In this document: positions 1 through 10,163 of the stretch, piece by piece
Position numbering within the stretch: position 1 is the first letter of the stretch
How the letters are laid out: each line of letters begins with the position of its first letter
Origin: Myxococcales bacterium
GTDB taxonomy: Bacteria > Myxococcota_A > Polyangia > Polyangiales > DASUME01
Assembly (NCBI GenBank): GCA_047601445.1
Contig: JASGJH010000001.1
Coordinates: 1,664,001-1,728,000 of the forward strand
Direction of reading: 5' to 3'
DNA length: 64,000 nucleotides
Translations under genes and position numbers: made by a program
Notes under the pieces: model-generated
Told to the model about the DNA's origin: nothing
The model's database searches: none
Seen by the model: the letters and a program-made list of their open reading frames with translations, nothing else

Positions 1-1045
1 GGCGCCAGTTCGCGGTGTTCGCGAGTTCCTGGGCGTCGGTGTTGGCGTCGATGGTCACGCGCTCGGCGTGGAATACGTCGAGCAGGGCTTTGCCGCCCCC
101 GAGGTAGCGCAGCACCGCCGCCTCACGGCCGCCCGTAATATCTGCGGCGAAGTTCAGCTGGAAGCTCGCATCGAAGGTGTCCTCACCGTTCTTCACGCGG
201 AGCGCACAGCTCTTGGGGTAGTCGCTGGTGAGGGACAGCCCAACGGTCCATGCCCAGCCGCTGAAGTAGATGTCGCCGCTTTCGTCGGCGAACGGTCGGC
301 TGTACAGCTGCGGGCAGCGATGGTCCTCCACCAGACTGAGCAGCTTGTCGCTCTCGACGTCGTACACCGCGAGATACTGCGGGGCAGCCAAGAAGTCCCA
401 GGTGTCGTAGTTGAGGAGGGTGAAGATGCGGTACATGCGATTGCCGCGCACGATCGCAACGCTCTCGAACTTGTAGCCCTCCTGCACGATGTCGGGTCCG
501 GCAATCTCGCCGGTGATTTGCAGCGTGGTCGGGTTCCAGGCGATGTGACTGCCGTCGCTGCCGTTGAAGATGTAAGCCTTCTGCTCGTTGACGAAGACGG
601 CGCCCCAGTCGTCGATCGCGAAGAACTCGGGCACGCCGTAGTTCATGAAGTTGAGGCTGCCCGCAGGCTTGAGCAAGCCGTCGTCCGCGAGCTCGAAGCG
701 CTCGACCACCGGCGCACTGGAGCTGGCGATGAAGAAGTACTTGCCCACCGCGTGCACGCTGGCGCGACCGTTCACCTCGCGCGCGCTGGCCAGGCTGATC
801 TCCGGCACGTCCAGCGAAGGCACGAGCGGGACGTAGCTCGTGGAGGTCGCGAAATCCGCTCCATAGACTTCAGTGGGCACCGCGAAGACATGGCCGCTAC
901 CGGCGTCGCCGTCGCCGGGCGTCTCGGAGTCGTCGTTCTTTCCCTTGGACGTGTCGTCGCCGCACGCCACCATCGGCGCGAGCGCCGCCGTCAACAGCGC
1001 CACCGACCACCAGCAGCGCGCTCCCTTGTTCATGTCCTGTTGCAT
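1..1045 (-). CDS. MxcI-like lipoprotein partner of a TonB-dependent receptor (3' end runs off the window)
   Basis: Not in the ORF track. Read manually: ATG at 1045 with AGGAG RBS upstream, MQQDMNKGARCWWSVALLTAALAPMVAC (lipobox), frame open to the window edge. Lies directly downstream of the TonB receptor. Confidence 0.75.
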   Translation of the reverse strand, partial: MQQDMNKGARCWWSVALLTAALAPMVACGDDTSKGKNDDSETPGDGDAGSGHVFAVPTEVYGADFATSTSYVPLVPSLDVPEISLASAREVNGRASVHAVGKYFFIASSSAPVVERFELADDGLLKPAGSLNFMNYGVPEFFAIDDWGAVFVNEQKAYIFNGSDGSHIAWNPTTLQITGEIAGPDIVQEGYKFESVAIVRGNRMYRIFTLLNYDTWDFLAAPQYLAVYDVESDKLLSLVEDHRCPQLYSRPFADESGDIYFSGWAWTVGLSLTSDYPKSCALRVKNGEDTFDASFQLNFAADITGGREAAVLRYLGGGKALLDVFHAERVTIDANTDAQELANTANWR

Positions 1046-1067
1046 CGTGTTTCTCCTGTGAATCCCC

Positions 1068-3491
1068 TCAAAGCGAAGCCGTCGCCTTGAAATAGAAAGC
1101 TCTCCCCGGGCGCAGCACGCCGTAGAAGTCGTAGGCCGCCTGGTCGGTGAGGTTCTGCACCTCGCCCGTGAAGCTCAGGGCCCGCGCCTCGTTCCGGACC
1201 TCGTAGATCAGCGCCAGCGAGTGCAAGAGCTGCGCGTCGACGCCGAGCTTGTTGGTGCCGATACCCTCCCAGCCGCGCAGAAACCCGTGCACGTAGCGCG
1301 TGGTCCAGGCCAGCGAGAGTTGGTCTCGGGTCGCGACCACGTTCTTGGTCTGCAGCCGCGCACTCCCGTTGCCGAAAAGGTAAGGCCGGTTGGGGATGCG
1401 GTCGCCCTCATTCTCGGCGAACGCGCCCTTGGTGGAGGTATTGCGGAAGTCCACGTAGGTGACGTTTCCATCGAGCGCCACGTACTCGCGCTTCGACGTC
1501 CAGCCGGCAGCCGCCTCCACGCCGAGCGAGCGCGCGCTGTACACGTTCTGGTAGGTCGCGGTCTGCTCGTCGCCCACCAGCACGATCAAGTCGTCAGCCT
1601 TGCGCAAGAAGCCGTTCACGTTGGCGCGGAGCTGCCCTGCGCGTGTGTCGCGCGCGTCGACGTTGAGCCCGAGATTCACGTTGTGACTCACTTCGGGCGC
1701 GAGCTTCAGGTTCGGTCCCACGGGGAAGGCGTTGCCGAAGATCTCGTCGGCGCGTGGCAGGCGCGTGGCCCACTCGTAGGAGGACTTGGCGTAGATCCAA
1801 TCGGCCCACGCGTAGCGCAAGGAGTCGCCCCAGCCGAAGCGATGGGTCGCGCGGTCCTGGCGCCGGATCAGCCCGTTCGAGAGCGGATCCTCGGAGCGCA
1901 GCACCTGCAGGTAGTCCTTGGCGAACAACGCGTTCTCGAGGCGCCCGCCGAGCAGCGATGACTGGTACTCGAGCCCGCTCACCAGGCCGTACAAGTGGCG
2001 CTCCACGTCGAGCGGATCGCGTGCCGCGGGGTTGACCTCCCGGCGCTCGTCGCCGTCGCGTCCGGTCAAGGTGGGAGAGAGCGATGCCCGCAGCGCGTGC
2101 ACGGTCGAGAGCTTCCACGCCAGCGTGGCGCGACCGTACACACCGTTCTCCTCGTACAGCTGGTCCTGAGCGCGGCCGACGCGCTCGCCAGGCTGAGGGC
2201 GCATGCGAAGGCACTGGCCAAACCAGTCGTAGACGCAATCGCCCAAATCACGATAGTGCGTGAGCCTGCGCGCGTAGCCCGCGACCGCGTTCAGCGTGAC
2301 GCCGCGCGCGAAGGTGTTCTCGTAGCGCAGCGTGGCGCCTCCGGAGAGTTCCTTGAGGTCCACGTCCCCGTACGGACTAAAGGTCATCAGCAAGTTGTGC
2401 TGAATCTGCTTGTCGTACTGGGTGAAGAACCCGCGCACGAGCAGGCGCTCCGCCCAGGGCTTGCCCACGACCCCCGTCTCGAGGTTCGCGCCTCCCGCGC
2501 GGTATCCGTCATGGAAACGGTACACGCGAGTGAGCCGCTCGCGGCCCTGGGCGTCCGCGATCTCGATGTTCATGGGATAGTTGTTGTCGGCCGAGTCGAA
2601 GAAGCCATTCACCCGCGTGAACCAGCCGCTAGGCTCGTGCAGGTGACGCGCGCTCGCCGTCAGGCGCTGGGTGCCGAACGACCCCAGCTGATAGGAGCCG
2701 GACGCGTGAGTGCCGCGCACGCGCTCGTCGCTCACCAGGTTGACCGCGCCGCCCAGCGCGTCGGCCCCAAAGCGAATCGGCACCACACCGCGATAGATCT
2801 CCACGCGCTCGACTAGGTTCACCGGCACGTTGGCGATGCCGAACGGATAGCCCGTGAACTCCAGCGGCACGCCGTCCAGGTAGAAGCGCACTTGGTCGTC
2901 AGTCAGCCCGTTGAGTGAGAACCTGGTGTCGGAGCCGAGCCCGCCCGCGCGCTGCACGCCCACGCCCTGCGTACGGGCCAGCACCTCACCGAGGTCGGCG
3001 CTTTGACGCTGCGCTTGCGCCGTCTCCACCACGTGCACCGCTTCCGCCGAGCGCCGCGCGGTCTCTGCTTTGGAGCGGCCGCGCACCGTCACTTCGAGCT
3101 TGGTGGTTTCCTGGTACGCAGCCCCACTGTCGCTCTGCGGAGGTGCGACTGGCGCAGGTGGTGCGAGCGGTGGATCTGGCGGCACAACCTCCGGTGGCAG
3201 CGCCGGCTCGAAGGGCGCCACTGGCTCCGACGGCGCAGGTTCCCCACCAGGAACCGCTGCGTCGACTTCGCGAGAATCGTCTACGAGAGCGGGCGCAGGC
3301 ACTGCACCTGCGTCGGCGTCGGAAGCCGACGCATCGGTTGGCGCTGGCTCGAGGGGACTCTCTTGAGCGAGTCCCGCGGCACTGCTGAACACCACCAGCG
3401 TGGCCATGAGCCATTGGGGCCAGCCCGAGCGAGCAGGCAGACGGATGCATCGCGACGTGACGTCGCTGGATTTCGCGGAGGGTGAATGCAT
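1068..3491 (-). CDS. TonB-dependent siderophore receptor (MxcH-like)
   Basis: Signal peptide, Pro-rich linker, plug motifs (LARTQGVGVQRAGGLGS; VERVEIYRGVVPIRFGADALGGAVN) and C-terminal NLTD...PGRAFY beta-barrel end. Confidence 0.93.
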   Translation of the reverse strand: MHSPSAKSSDVTSRCIRLPARSGWPQWLMATLVVFSSAAGLAQESPLEPAPTDASASDADAGAVPAPALVDDSREVDAAVPGGEPAPSEPVAPFEPALPPEVVPPDPPLAPPAPVAPPQSDSGAAYQETTKLEVTVRGRSKAETARRSAEAVHVVETAQAQRQSADLGEVLARTQGVGVQRAGGLGSDTRFSLNGLTDDQVRFYLDGVPLEFTGYPFGIANVPVNLVERVEIYRGVVPIRFGADALGGAVNLVSDERVRGTHASGSYQLGSFGTQRLTASARHLHEPSGWFTRVNGFFDSADNNYPMNIEIADAQGRERLTRVYRFHDGYRAGGANLETGVVGKPWAERLLVRGFFTQYDKQIQHNLLMTFSPYGDVDLKELSGGATLRYENTFARGVTLNAVAGYARRLTHYRDLGDCVYDWFGQCLRMRPQPGERVGRAQDQLYEENGVYGRATLAWKLSTVHALRASLSPTLTGRDGDERREVNPAARDPLDVERHLYGLVSGLEYQSSLLGGRLENALFAKDYLQVLRSEDPLSNGLIRRQDRATHRFGWGDSLRYAWADWIYAKSSYEWATRLPRADEIFGNAFPVGPNLKLAPEVSHNVNLGLNVDARDTRAGQLRANVNGFLRKADDLIVLVGDEQTATYQNVYSARSLGVEAAAGWTSKREYVALDGNVTYVDFRNTSTKGAFAENEGDRIPNRPYLFGNGSARLQTKNVVATRDQLSLAWTTRYVHGFLRGWEGIGTNKLGVDAQLLHSLALIYEVRNEARALSFTGEVQNLTDQAAYDFYGVLRPGRAFYFKATASL

Positions 3492-3574
3492 GGGTGACTC
3501 GCGCCGAACCGCGGAGCGCCGTCAGCGAACGAACAGGACGGCAACTTCAGCAGGGCTGGCGAAGCCTACTGCAA

Positions 3575-3591
3575 TTGACAATCACATTCAA
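3575..3591. promoter_or_regulatory. Fur-box-like operator
   Basis: TTGACAATCACATTCAA (TTGA-N9-TCAA), flanked by CAATTG on both sides, about 85 bp upstream of the TonB receptor. Confidence 0.65.
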
Positions 3592-3801
3592 CAATTGCCG
3601 AGATTTTTCTCACCGAGCGCGTCTCATCGCGAGCCCGGGTGCGCGCGGACCCGCGAGCGTCCGGTCCGGTCGTGGCAAGCAAAGCCAAAGCATTTGCGAG
3701 CAATTTTGCCGCGTCGAATCGGACCTTGGGGGCAGAGAAGCCGACCTCTCAAGCCTGAGGAGGACCTTCTCGGAATCGATCACCGACGCCGCAAAACGAT
3801 G

Positions 3802-3818
3802 TTGAAAATTGATTTCAT
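3802..3818. promoter_or_regulatory. second Fur-box-like site
   Basis: TTGAAAATTGATTTCAT, an AT-rich near-palindrome in a GC-rich context. Confidence 0.55.
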
Positions 3819-3861
3819 GATGTAGCCGACGAGCTGCATCAGCCAACGCGAGGGGTCGCGC

Positions 3862-4503
3862 TTACTGGAGACAGCCGCAGGCGATGCGGGCGCTGACGCC
3901 GCTATCGTCCGGGTCGAATCCTTGGCCGAGCCCATTGAGCCAGTAGTTGATGCCCGTGGACCATTGGTGGCAGCCCAAGCCGAGCTCGTCTGGCCGCGTC
4001 GACGCGACGACGTTCCCCGTTGATCCGAGCGCACTCAAGACCGCGTGACAATTCTCGGCGCTGCCGCCCTGCGCGCTCGAGCCAACGAAGGTCGGGGTGC
4101 GCGCGTCGTATCCCCCGTGCGCTTCGCAAGTCTGTCGACAGCTCTGCCCGTAGGCGCCGAGGTACCAACACACGCCCAAGAGTGACGTGTCGCAGGCGAC
4201 GGAATCGGTGTCTTCTCCCTGGTCCCCATTGTCGTCGGCGGGAGGCGTGAGCATTGCTCCCTCCGCGCGGCCCGCGAGGGCCCCATCCTGCAGCCCCTGC
4301 GCTGCGCCATCCCCCTCGCCTGCTGCGCCCGAGTCGCCCGAGGAGCCGGGGTCGAAGGCGGCGCCGTCGTCCAGCACGCTGTCGCCTGCGTCTGGCGCTT
4401 CATCTGAGCGCGCGTCTCGTCCGTCGTAGCCGATGAGAACGCACCCCGGCTGTGCGACCGCCAACAGAAACAGCGAAGCCATGACATGGGAGCGAAAGGA
4501 CAA
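3862..4503 (-). CDS. hypothetical lipoprotein with Cys-rich C-terminal domain
   Basis: Hydrophobic leader ending AQPGC, D/G/A-rich linker, then CWYLGAYGQSCRQTC...RIACGC domain. Confidence 0.65.
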   Translation of the reverse strand: MSFRSHVMASLFLLAVAQPGCVLIGYDGRDARSDEAPDAGDSVLDDGAAFDPGSSGDSGAAGEGDGAAQGLQDGALAGRAEGAMLTPPADDNGDQGEDTDSVACDTSLLGVCWYLGAYGQSCRQTCEAHGGYDARTPTFVGSSAQGGSAENCHAVLSALGSTGNVVASTRPDELGLGCHQWSTGINYWLNGLGQGFDPDDSGVSARIACGCLQ

Positions 4504-4627
4504 CGTTCACCACCCGACGACTCCTTAAACGCTATCACGCTCCGAACCTGCCGCGTCGAGGACTCACCTCAGATCGCAGCGGCGAACACGCTGAATGCCC
4601 GACATCCGCGCCCACGCACGGAGTCTG

Positions 4628-5932
4628 CTACGCGGCGACAGCCGGCTCTTCGACCACGCGGACCTTTTGTCGCGCGTCCGGCTGCTTGGTCGCGCGCTTC
4701 TCGCGCTTACGCCACCAGATCCACACGCCGCTCGCGCTGAGTGCGGCGACGACGAGGCCCATCAGCAGCACGAACACGCGGTACCAGGTGCCGAACACGG
4801 CTGCGAAATGCAGCCCGAACAGCCAGTTGGTCACGCTGTTGCCCGCGCTCATGCCGGTGGGCGCGTCGAAGCCGATTAGGTGACCGTCCTTGGCGTCGAA
4901 GTACACCTGCGTGTGCGGGTTCTTGAAGGTGATGTCGAGGCTGCTCTCCACGCCATACACGAAGGCGCCGTGATCGGCCGCGTAGTGCAGCCAGAGCTCG
5001 CGCTTGATGTCGAACTTGCGTAGCGCCGCCTGCTCCGCCATGAGTCGCTTGCCCACGGCGTGCGCCGCACGCGTGTCCATCCCCGGCGCGGGATGAGGCG
5101 GCTCGAGTTCGGGCAAGCTGTCGTGGACACTCGGCCGATAGCCGAGCACGCTCATCACGGGCGCGTACACCGGCTGCAAGTTGAGCGCCACGGCGGACCA
5201 AGCGAACACCAGCAGCATGGCCCAAACCCAGAGGCCGCTCGCGCGGTGCCAGCTGAAGATGAGGCTGAAGAGTCGCGACGTGTTCAGGAGCCAGGCGGGC
5301 AGCCAGCGCGCGAACCAGCTGCGAGAAGAACCGCGCTCGCGGGTCACCGCCCTCGGTAACGTAAGGTAGGCCCCCACGAAGCAGTCCAGGGTCCAGAGCA
5401 ACGCCACGATGCCGAACAACCAGCTGCCCACCTCGCCGAGCGCGAGCGAGTAGTGCAAGCGATAGACGAACGGCATCACGTTGACGAGCCCCTCCGAGAG
5501 ATCGCCCCAGCTGCGTGAGCCGAGCACCTCCCCGGTGTAAGGATTGGCGAACCACTGCCGCCAGCGTCCAGGCGTCTCCTCGATCCAGATGCTCAGGGCG
5601 CGCTCCGGCTCGTGCGAGAAGAACACGGCGTGGTGATTCGAATCGGCAGGAAGGTGCTGCCTCACGCGCTCGTCCACCTCGAAGGGATCGAGGCGTGTGA
5701 CGCCCGGAGCCGGCAACGCAACGCGGTGGAGCTTGGGACTCAGCGCGCCGTCGAGCTCTTCGTTGAACGCGAGCAAGCTGCCGGTGAGCCCGGCCAGGAG
5801 CAGGAACACCGACAGGCAGAGCCCCACGTAGCGATGGGCGAGAATGGCCACCCCTCGGATTCCGAGCGCTGCTGGACGACGGAAGACCTTGGGTTCGAGC
5901 GGAGTTCCTGCGATCGCCGGTGCGTCTTCCAT
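4628..5932 (-). CDS. PepSY-associated TM helix (iron-regulated membrane) protein
   Basis: HRYVGL...LTGSLL, YRLHYSL, WHRASGLW and GLHFA motifs. Start placed at ATG 5932 because the track start at 6007 falls inside the Fur-like box. Confidence 0.9.
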   Translation of the reverse strand: MEDAPAIAGTPLEPKVFRRPAALGIRGVAILAHRYVGLCLSVFLLLAGLTGSLLAFNEELDGALSPKLHRVALPAPGVTRLDPFEVDERVRQHLPADSNHHAVFFSHEPERALSIWIEETPGRWRQWFANPYTGEVLGSRSWGDLSEGLVNVMPFVYRLHYSLALGEVGSWLFGIVALLWTLDCFVGAYLTLPRAVTRERGSSRSWFARWLPAWLLNTSRLFSLIFSWHRASGLWVWAMLLVFAWSAVALNLQPVYAPVMSVLGYRPSVHDSLPELEPPHPAPGMDTRAAHAVGKRLMAEQAALRKFDIKRELWLHYAADHGAFVYGVESSLDITFKNPHTQVYFDAKDGHLIGFDAPTGMSAGNSVTNWLFGLHFAAVFGTWYRVFVLLMGLVVAALSASGVWIWWRKREKRATKQPDARQKVRVVEEPAVAA

Positions 5933-5997
5933 GGGGGCGCTCTTTCGCGGGCCAGACCACGAGGGGGGCCACGCACGCGACCCTACGGCACCATCGG

Positions 5998-6020
5998 GAT
6001 AATGCAAGGCATTTTCAATA
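5998..6020. promoter_or_regulatory. Fur-box-like operator upstream of the PepSY-TM gene
   Basis: GATAATGCAAGGCATTTTCAATA (reverse complement TATTGAAAATGCCTTGCATTATC). Confidence 0.65.
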
Positions 6021-6124
6021 ACACGCTTGGGGAACGCCTCGGCTGGGCCAAGGCTCTTTCATCCAGCGGCTGAACGCGACGCGCGGGCTCGCTCTTCTCC
6101 GCGATCCAGGCGGATCCCCGACTC

Positions 6125-6700
6125 TTACTTGAGCTTCTTGGCAGCCGCCGCGATGGCGGCCTTCAGCTCCGTGAGGCGCTTGTTGACGTCGGCCTTGACG
6201 GTCTTGAAGGTGTCCAGCGTGGCGTCATCGAATTCACCGATGCTCTTGCTGAGCTCCTTCTGCAGCCGCGTGACCTCCTTCAAGCTCGCCTGAGCCGCGG
6301 TCTTGGCCTTGCCCGTGGCCTTCGCCGCATTGGCCTGCAACTCGCGCGCGTCTTCATTCAGCGCGTTGAGCTTGGCCTTCGCCTCGGCCTTGTAGCCCTC
6401 GCGAGCTTTGCTTACGGCCCGGTTGGCATCCTTCTCGGCCTGTTCCGCGCTCTCCTGGGCTTCGCGAATCGCGTTCTGGGCCTCCGCGCGCGCCTGTTCG
6501 GCGGCCGCGGTCACCTGGGCCTTGAGGGACTCCACCTGTTGCTGCGCTTCGGCGAGCTTCTCATTGGCCTGCTTCTGCACCAGGGCGACGCGCTCGTCGG
6601 CCTGCTTCTGCACGGCGGCGAGGGCTTCGGTGTTGTCGCAGCCAGTCCAGAGCGGGCTGGCAAGCACGCACAGGAGGCCGAGCACTGCGGGGTGCTTCAT
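6125..6700 (-). CDS. Ala/Lys/Glu-rich coiled-coil lipoprotein
   Basis: MKHPAVLGLLCVLASPLWTGC lipobox followed by a long helical A/K/E/Q region. Start refined to ATG 6700. Confidence 0.75.
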   Translation of the reverse strand: MKHPAVLGLLCVLASPLWTGCDNTEALAAVQKQADERVALVQKQANEKLAEAQQQVESLKAQVTAAAEQARAEAQNAIREAQESAEQAEKDANRAVSKAREGYKAEAKAKLNALNEDARELQANAAKATGKAKTAAQASLKEVTRLQKELSKSIGEFDDATLDTFKTVKADVNKRLTELKAAIAAAAKKLK

Positions 6701-6981
6701 CTCGGATGGGCGGTCGTTTCGCTGAGCTTGGATGGGATGCGGCATAGGGCGCAAGGCTAGCCCGAGTTGGGACCCGGGGCCCAATTGGCGGCCCCCTCGG
6801 GGTGAGGCACGCGCATCCTGCGCGGCGCGGCGGCGGCCGCCCTGTCGGCAACCTATCGAAACCGATCCGGGTGGGCGACAGCGCAAATCACCCCCAACGC
6901 GCCCCGCTCCGACTGGCTCGAAGCCGGTGGTATCGTCCATCTTCAAGCGACTCGAGACGTCGCCTCCGGAATCGCGAAGTT

Positions 6982-8054
6982 GTGTCCAAACTCCCCTACT
7001 CCATCCTCGCCAAGCTCCTCCTCGCTGTGGCCTTCCACGCTTTCGTCATGGGCGCCGCGGCCGCCTGTGGTCCAGCGGAGACCGAGAATCGTGGTGGTCG
7101 TACAGGCCGAAGCGAGCCTCGTGTCCGAGCTGCAAGCCGTCGAGGCCGAAACCGACCACGAGCGCAGCGTGGTCGCGCGGGCCCGTACGGGTAAGCCCGT
7201 CCGCTTCCCGCTCTCGTTCACCCTCCGGCAACACAAGAAGCCCGTGACGCGTCTCAGCGTGCGCGCCCTGCGCGGCGATGTGGTGCTCTCCGAGCGCAGC
7301 GCGGACGTACGCTTCGAGTCCGGGCGTCAATTGGCCTGGTACGTCTACCTCAGCGCGCACTGTTCCAGCGGTTGTGCCGGCGAACATAGCTGCGACGCCT
7401 GTGGCGTGTGTGCTCCGAATCCGGCTTGCTCCGCTCGAGCGCGCCCCCAGCGATGACGACATGGCTGCGCCCTTCCCGCCGCCCATGTGCGATTCGAGCG
7501 GCGCGCTCGACGCGGGCGGCGACGCGAGCCAAATGAGCACGCCTTCGGATGACGCTGGCTCCCATCACGTCGGCTCCGATGACGCGGGTCAGGTCAACGT
7601 CACGCCGGACCGCGACGCCGGCTCGGATGCAGCGCAGACGCCGGCTGCGCCCGACGGCAGCGTTCCCCCGGACGGTGGATCGGACGCGCATGTGCCTGAG
7701 GTGATCGATGCCGCGTCGTTCTTCTGGCAATGCGTGAGCGGCCCCTGCGCCTGGGGTACCGAGGGCAACGCCTACGGCGTGGCCTGGCCAGCGGAGCTCC
7801 ACCCCCAAAACGCCCGCATGCTCTACAGCAACTCGGCCCCCATCTATCTCGGCGCGACCGCAGCCGAGGGCATTACCCTGCATGGGGTCGAAGGCAGCGC
7901 CGGCATCTACGCAGGCAGCACGAGCGCGGAATCCCACCGTCCCCTGGGTACCATCGGGCCCGGCATCTCCTTGACCATCACGAACCTGCAGCCCGACGAT
8001 TTGGTCAGCGTGCAGAGCGATTCGCCCTTCAGCTACACGCTCGAGCTGCCGTAG
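6982..8054 (+). CDS. hypothetical lipoprotein, apparently one gene broken by two +1 frameshifts
   Basis: GTG 6982 gives a lipoprotein leader (…VMGAAAAC). Deleting one A from GAATC at 7086-7090 and at 7417-7421 joins three frames into one 357-codon ORF ending at TAG 8054. Confidence 0.65.
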
Positions 8055-8061
8055 ACCGCGT

Positions 8062-8751
8062 CTACGCCGGATTGGTGCGGGCCCCGCGCGATGCCTCGTA
8101 CACCGCGATCGTGCGTTGGCCGCTCTCGACGCCGACCGACCACTTGGCGAGCGACACGCGCCAGCCGTGCTGCTCCATCGCTTCGAGCATGGGCAAGCTC
8201 TGCGCGCGAAACGGGTCGGCGAACAGGGCGGTTCCTGCGGGCGCGAGGTAGCTGTTACAGAGCGCGCGCAACCGGTCGTGCATCGTGGTCACGTACAGCA
8301 CGTCCGCGCCCAAAATGAAGTCGAAGGGCTCGTCGCTGTGAAAGGTCTCCCACTCCGCGATGCGCGCTTCCAGCTGCGCCACGCGGTTGCGCTCGGCATT
8401 CATGGTGCACAGGTGCAGCGCCACCTCACTGCGGTCCACCTGCAGCACCTTGGCGCCGAGGGAGGCGGCGACGACGCCCGGCAATCCGGTGCCGGCCCCC
8501 AGCTCCAACACGCGCTTGCCGCGCAGCTCCTCGGCGCGGGAGACGAGCTCATGGGCCAGCGCAATCGACGAAGGCCACAGCATGGCGCCGTAGGGCAGCC
8601 GCCCTTCTTCGCGGGCCAGGTACTCCTGCTCTTGGTCCATGGTGACGATCAGGCCGGTGTGGAGAAACGACCAGCTGCGCCCGCCGAGCGCGAGGCGATA
8701 CTCGTGGAGGGCAAAGTCACCGACCGATGTGGAAAGCGTGGACGAGGTCAC
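8062..8751 (-). CDS. class I SAM-dependent methyltransferase (Methyltransf_16 / lysine methyltransferase-like)
   Basis: PYGAMLWPSS, VLELGAGTGLPG and ILGADVLY motifs. Confidence 0.88.
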   Translation of the reverse strand: MTSSTLSTSVGDFALHEYRLALGGRSWSFLHTGLIVTMDQEQEYLAREEGRLPYGAMLWPSSIALAHELVSRAEELRGKRVLELGAGTGLPGVVAASLGAKVLQVDRSEVALHLCTMNAERNRVAQLEARIAEWETFHSDEPFDFILGADVLYVTTMHDRLRALCNSYLAPAGTALFADPFRAQSLPMLEAMEQHGWRVSLAKWSVGVESGQRTIAVYEASRGARTNPA

Positions 8752-8835
8752 GCTGCGTTATACACCGCGCGGGGCCCTTCCCTCCGACCCCGTCATCAGG
8801 AACCGCGATTTCTCGCACGGGCAGCGGTGGCGGGT

Positions 8836-9429
8836 TCATGGGCGTAGCGAGACCGAAGCGCTCCCCATCCAACGTTCGTCGATCACCGTCGAGCTCAGCG
8901 CGAACACGCAGGAGTCGGCACCATGCCGCAGGCACTGCGTCTGTTCGATGTTGACGGTGCATCCCATGGCCGCGATGGCCTCGGCGAGGATGCCTTGCTC
9001 CATGCCGCAGTGGTGTGGGGTCGTCTTCTCGAGCACCGCCTGCCCTTGCTCGAACTGCAGCACGCGCCAGCCACCGATGCCCACGCCGCGGTTGGCGAAG
9101 CGATACATACCGTCGATGCCGTACACGATATCGCGCGCCGATCGCGCCACCTCCTTGACGCGTCGCTCGTGGGAGAGCTGGAAGAGCTTGCGCCCCATCT
9201 GCACGAGTCCGTAGTGACCCACGGCACGATCGAGGGTGTCCATCAGCTCGAGCAACCACGCGATGGGATACCAGGCGTTGGCGTCGACGCGCGCGAGCTT
9301 GTCTGCTTCGTCCTTGCCGAGCACCTGCTCCGGCATGCGCAGCACCTTGAGCACCGCGAGAATGTCCGAGCCGATGGTGACGTGATCGACGCCCCGGTAC
9401 CCTCGCGGGCTCTTGCGTGTCGGCCTCAT
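8836..9429 (-). CDS. V4R (4-vinyl reductase)-like domain protein
   Basis: WYP motif and C-terminal HC…GIL…C…G.D.C.F pattern typical of V4R domains. Confidence 0.65.
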   Translation of the reverse strand: MRPTRKSPRGYRGVDHVTIGSDILAVLKVLRMPEQVLGKDEADKLARVDANAWYPIAWLLELMDTLDRAVGHYGLVQMGRKLFQLSHERRVKEVARSARDIVYGIDGMYRFANRGVGIGGWRVLQFEQGQAVLEKTTPHHCGMEQGILAEAIAAMGCTVNIEQTQCLRHGADSCVFALSSTVIDERWMGSASVSLRP

Positions 9430-9609
9430 GGCCGCAGTGTAAGGGGCCCTTGAAGCGCGCCACCAGCGCCGAATCGACCACGCAAAGTCGTGGTCGGCAG
9501 CTGCATTCCAACGCGCGGTGACCGTCCCGGGAGCTTGCGTCCCCTTCGATGGAATCGAGTATTTCTTGCGCCTACGGTCTCCAACGTGGGAGTCGGCTTG
9601 GCCTCTGCC

Positions 9610-9933
9610 TCAATGATGGGCGGCAGCCTGCGCCGCTGCTTGCTGCGACGCCGCCTGCATCGCCACGATGGCCGCGGAAGTGCTCGCCGCCGTGCCCGAT
9701 GCTCCCACCGACGACCCCGCCGTGCGCGGCATCTCGCAGACACAGGCGGAAGCACCGCCGCCGCTACGCCCCTGATCGCCGACGCCCACCATGCCGGTGA
9801 GCTCCATGCCCCAGGCCTTGCACATGGCCAGGCACTGCGGAGGGCCGCCTTGAACCTTCCATGGACTCGGGCACCCAGACAGACTCGCGACCATTCCGAG
9901 CATCCAACACCAACCTGCCAGCGACCGACCCAT
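9610..9933 (-). CDS. small Cys-rich lipoprotein
   Basis: GGAGG RBS before ATG 9933, LSGC lipobox, CxxxC and CxC motifs, Ala/Gln tail. Confidence 0.65.
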   Translation of the reverse strand: MGRSLAGWCWMLGMVASLSGCPSPWKVQGGPPQCLAMCKAWGMELTGMVGVGDQGRSGGGASACVCEMPRTAGSSVGASGTAASTSAAIVAMQAASQQAAAQAAAHH

Positions 9934-10163
9934 ACCCACCTCCGAAGCAAGCGATGCTATCGAAGGCGCGTTTGTCGGCCACTTTCTGCAACATGCGCGA
10001 TCACCCCGACACACAGAGCGAGCCTGGCAGTCGCCCTCAGCGACTTGCCTCCGAGCGATGGCTGCCGCTGTGCGAGCCCCAAAACGCTGAGTCGGAGAGG
10101 GATTCACCCCGAATCCCCTGACGACGGGTTGAACCGACAGGGCTCTAGCGTCACGAACGGCGG

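Noticed and set aside
68..1090. 340-aa plus-strand ORF
   Set aside because: Antisense shadow of the minus-strand MxcI-like lipoprotein, which has an RBS, a lipobox and operon context.
6023..6038. 16-mer ACGCTTGGGGAACGCC shared with 15003-15018
   Set aside because: Only one full repeat unit is present here, and a single 16-mer match in 64 kb of GC-rich DNA may be chance.
10099..10117. GGGATTC/GAATCCC hairpin
   Set aside because: Short stem between divergent genes with no U-tract; no function can be supported.
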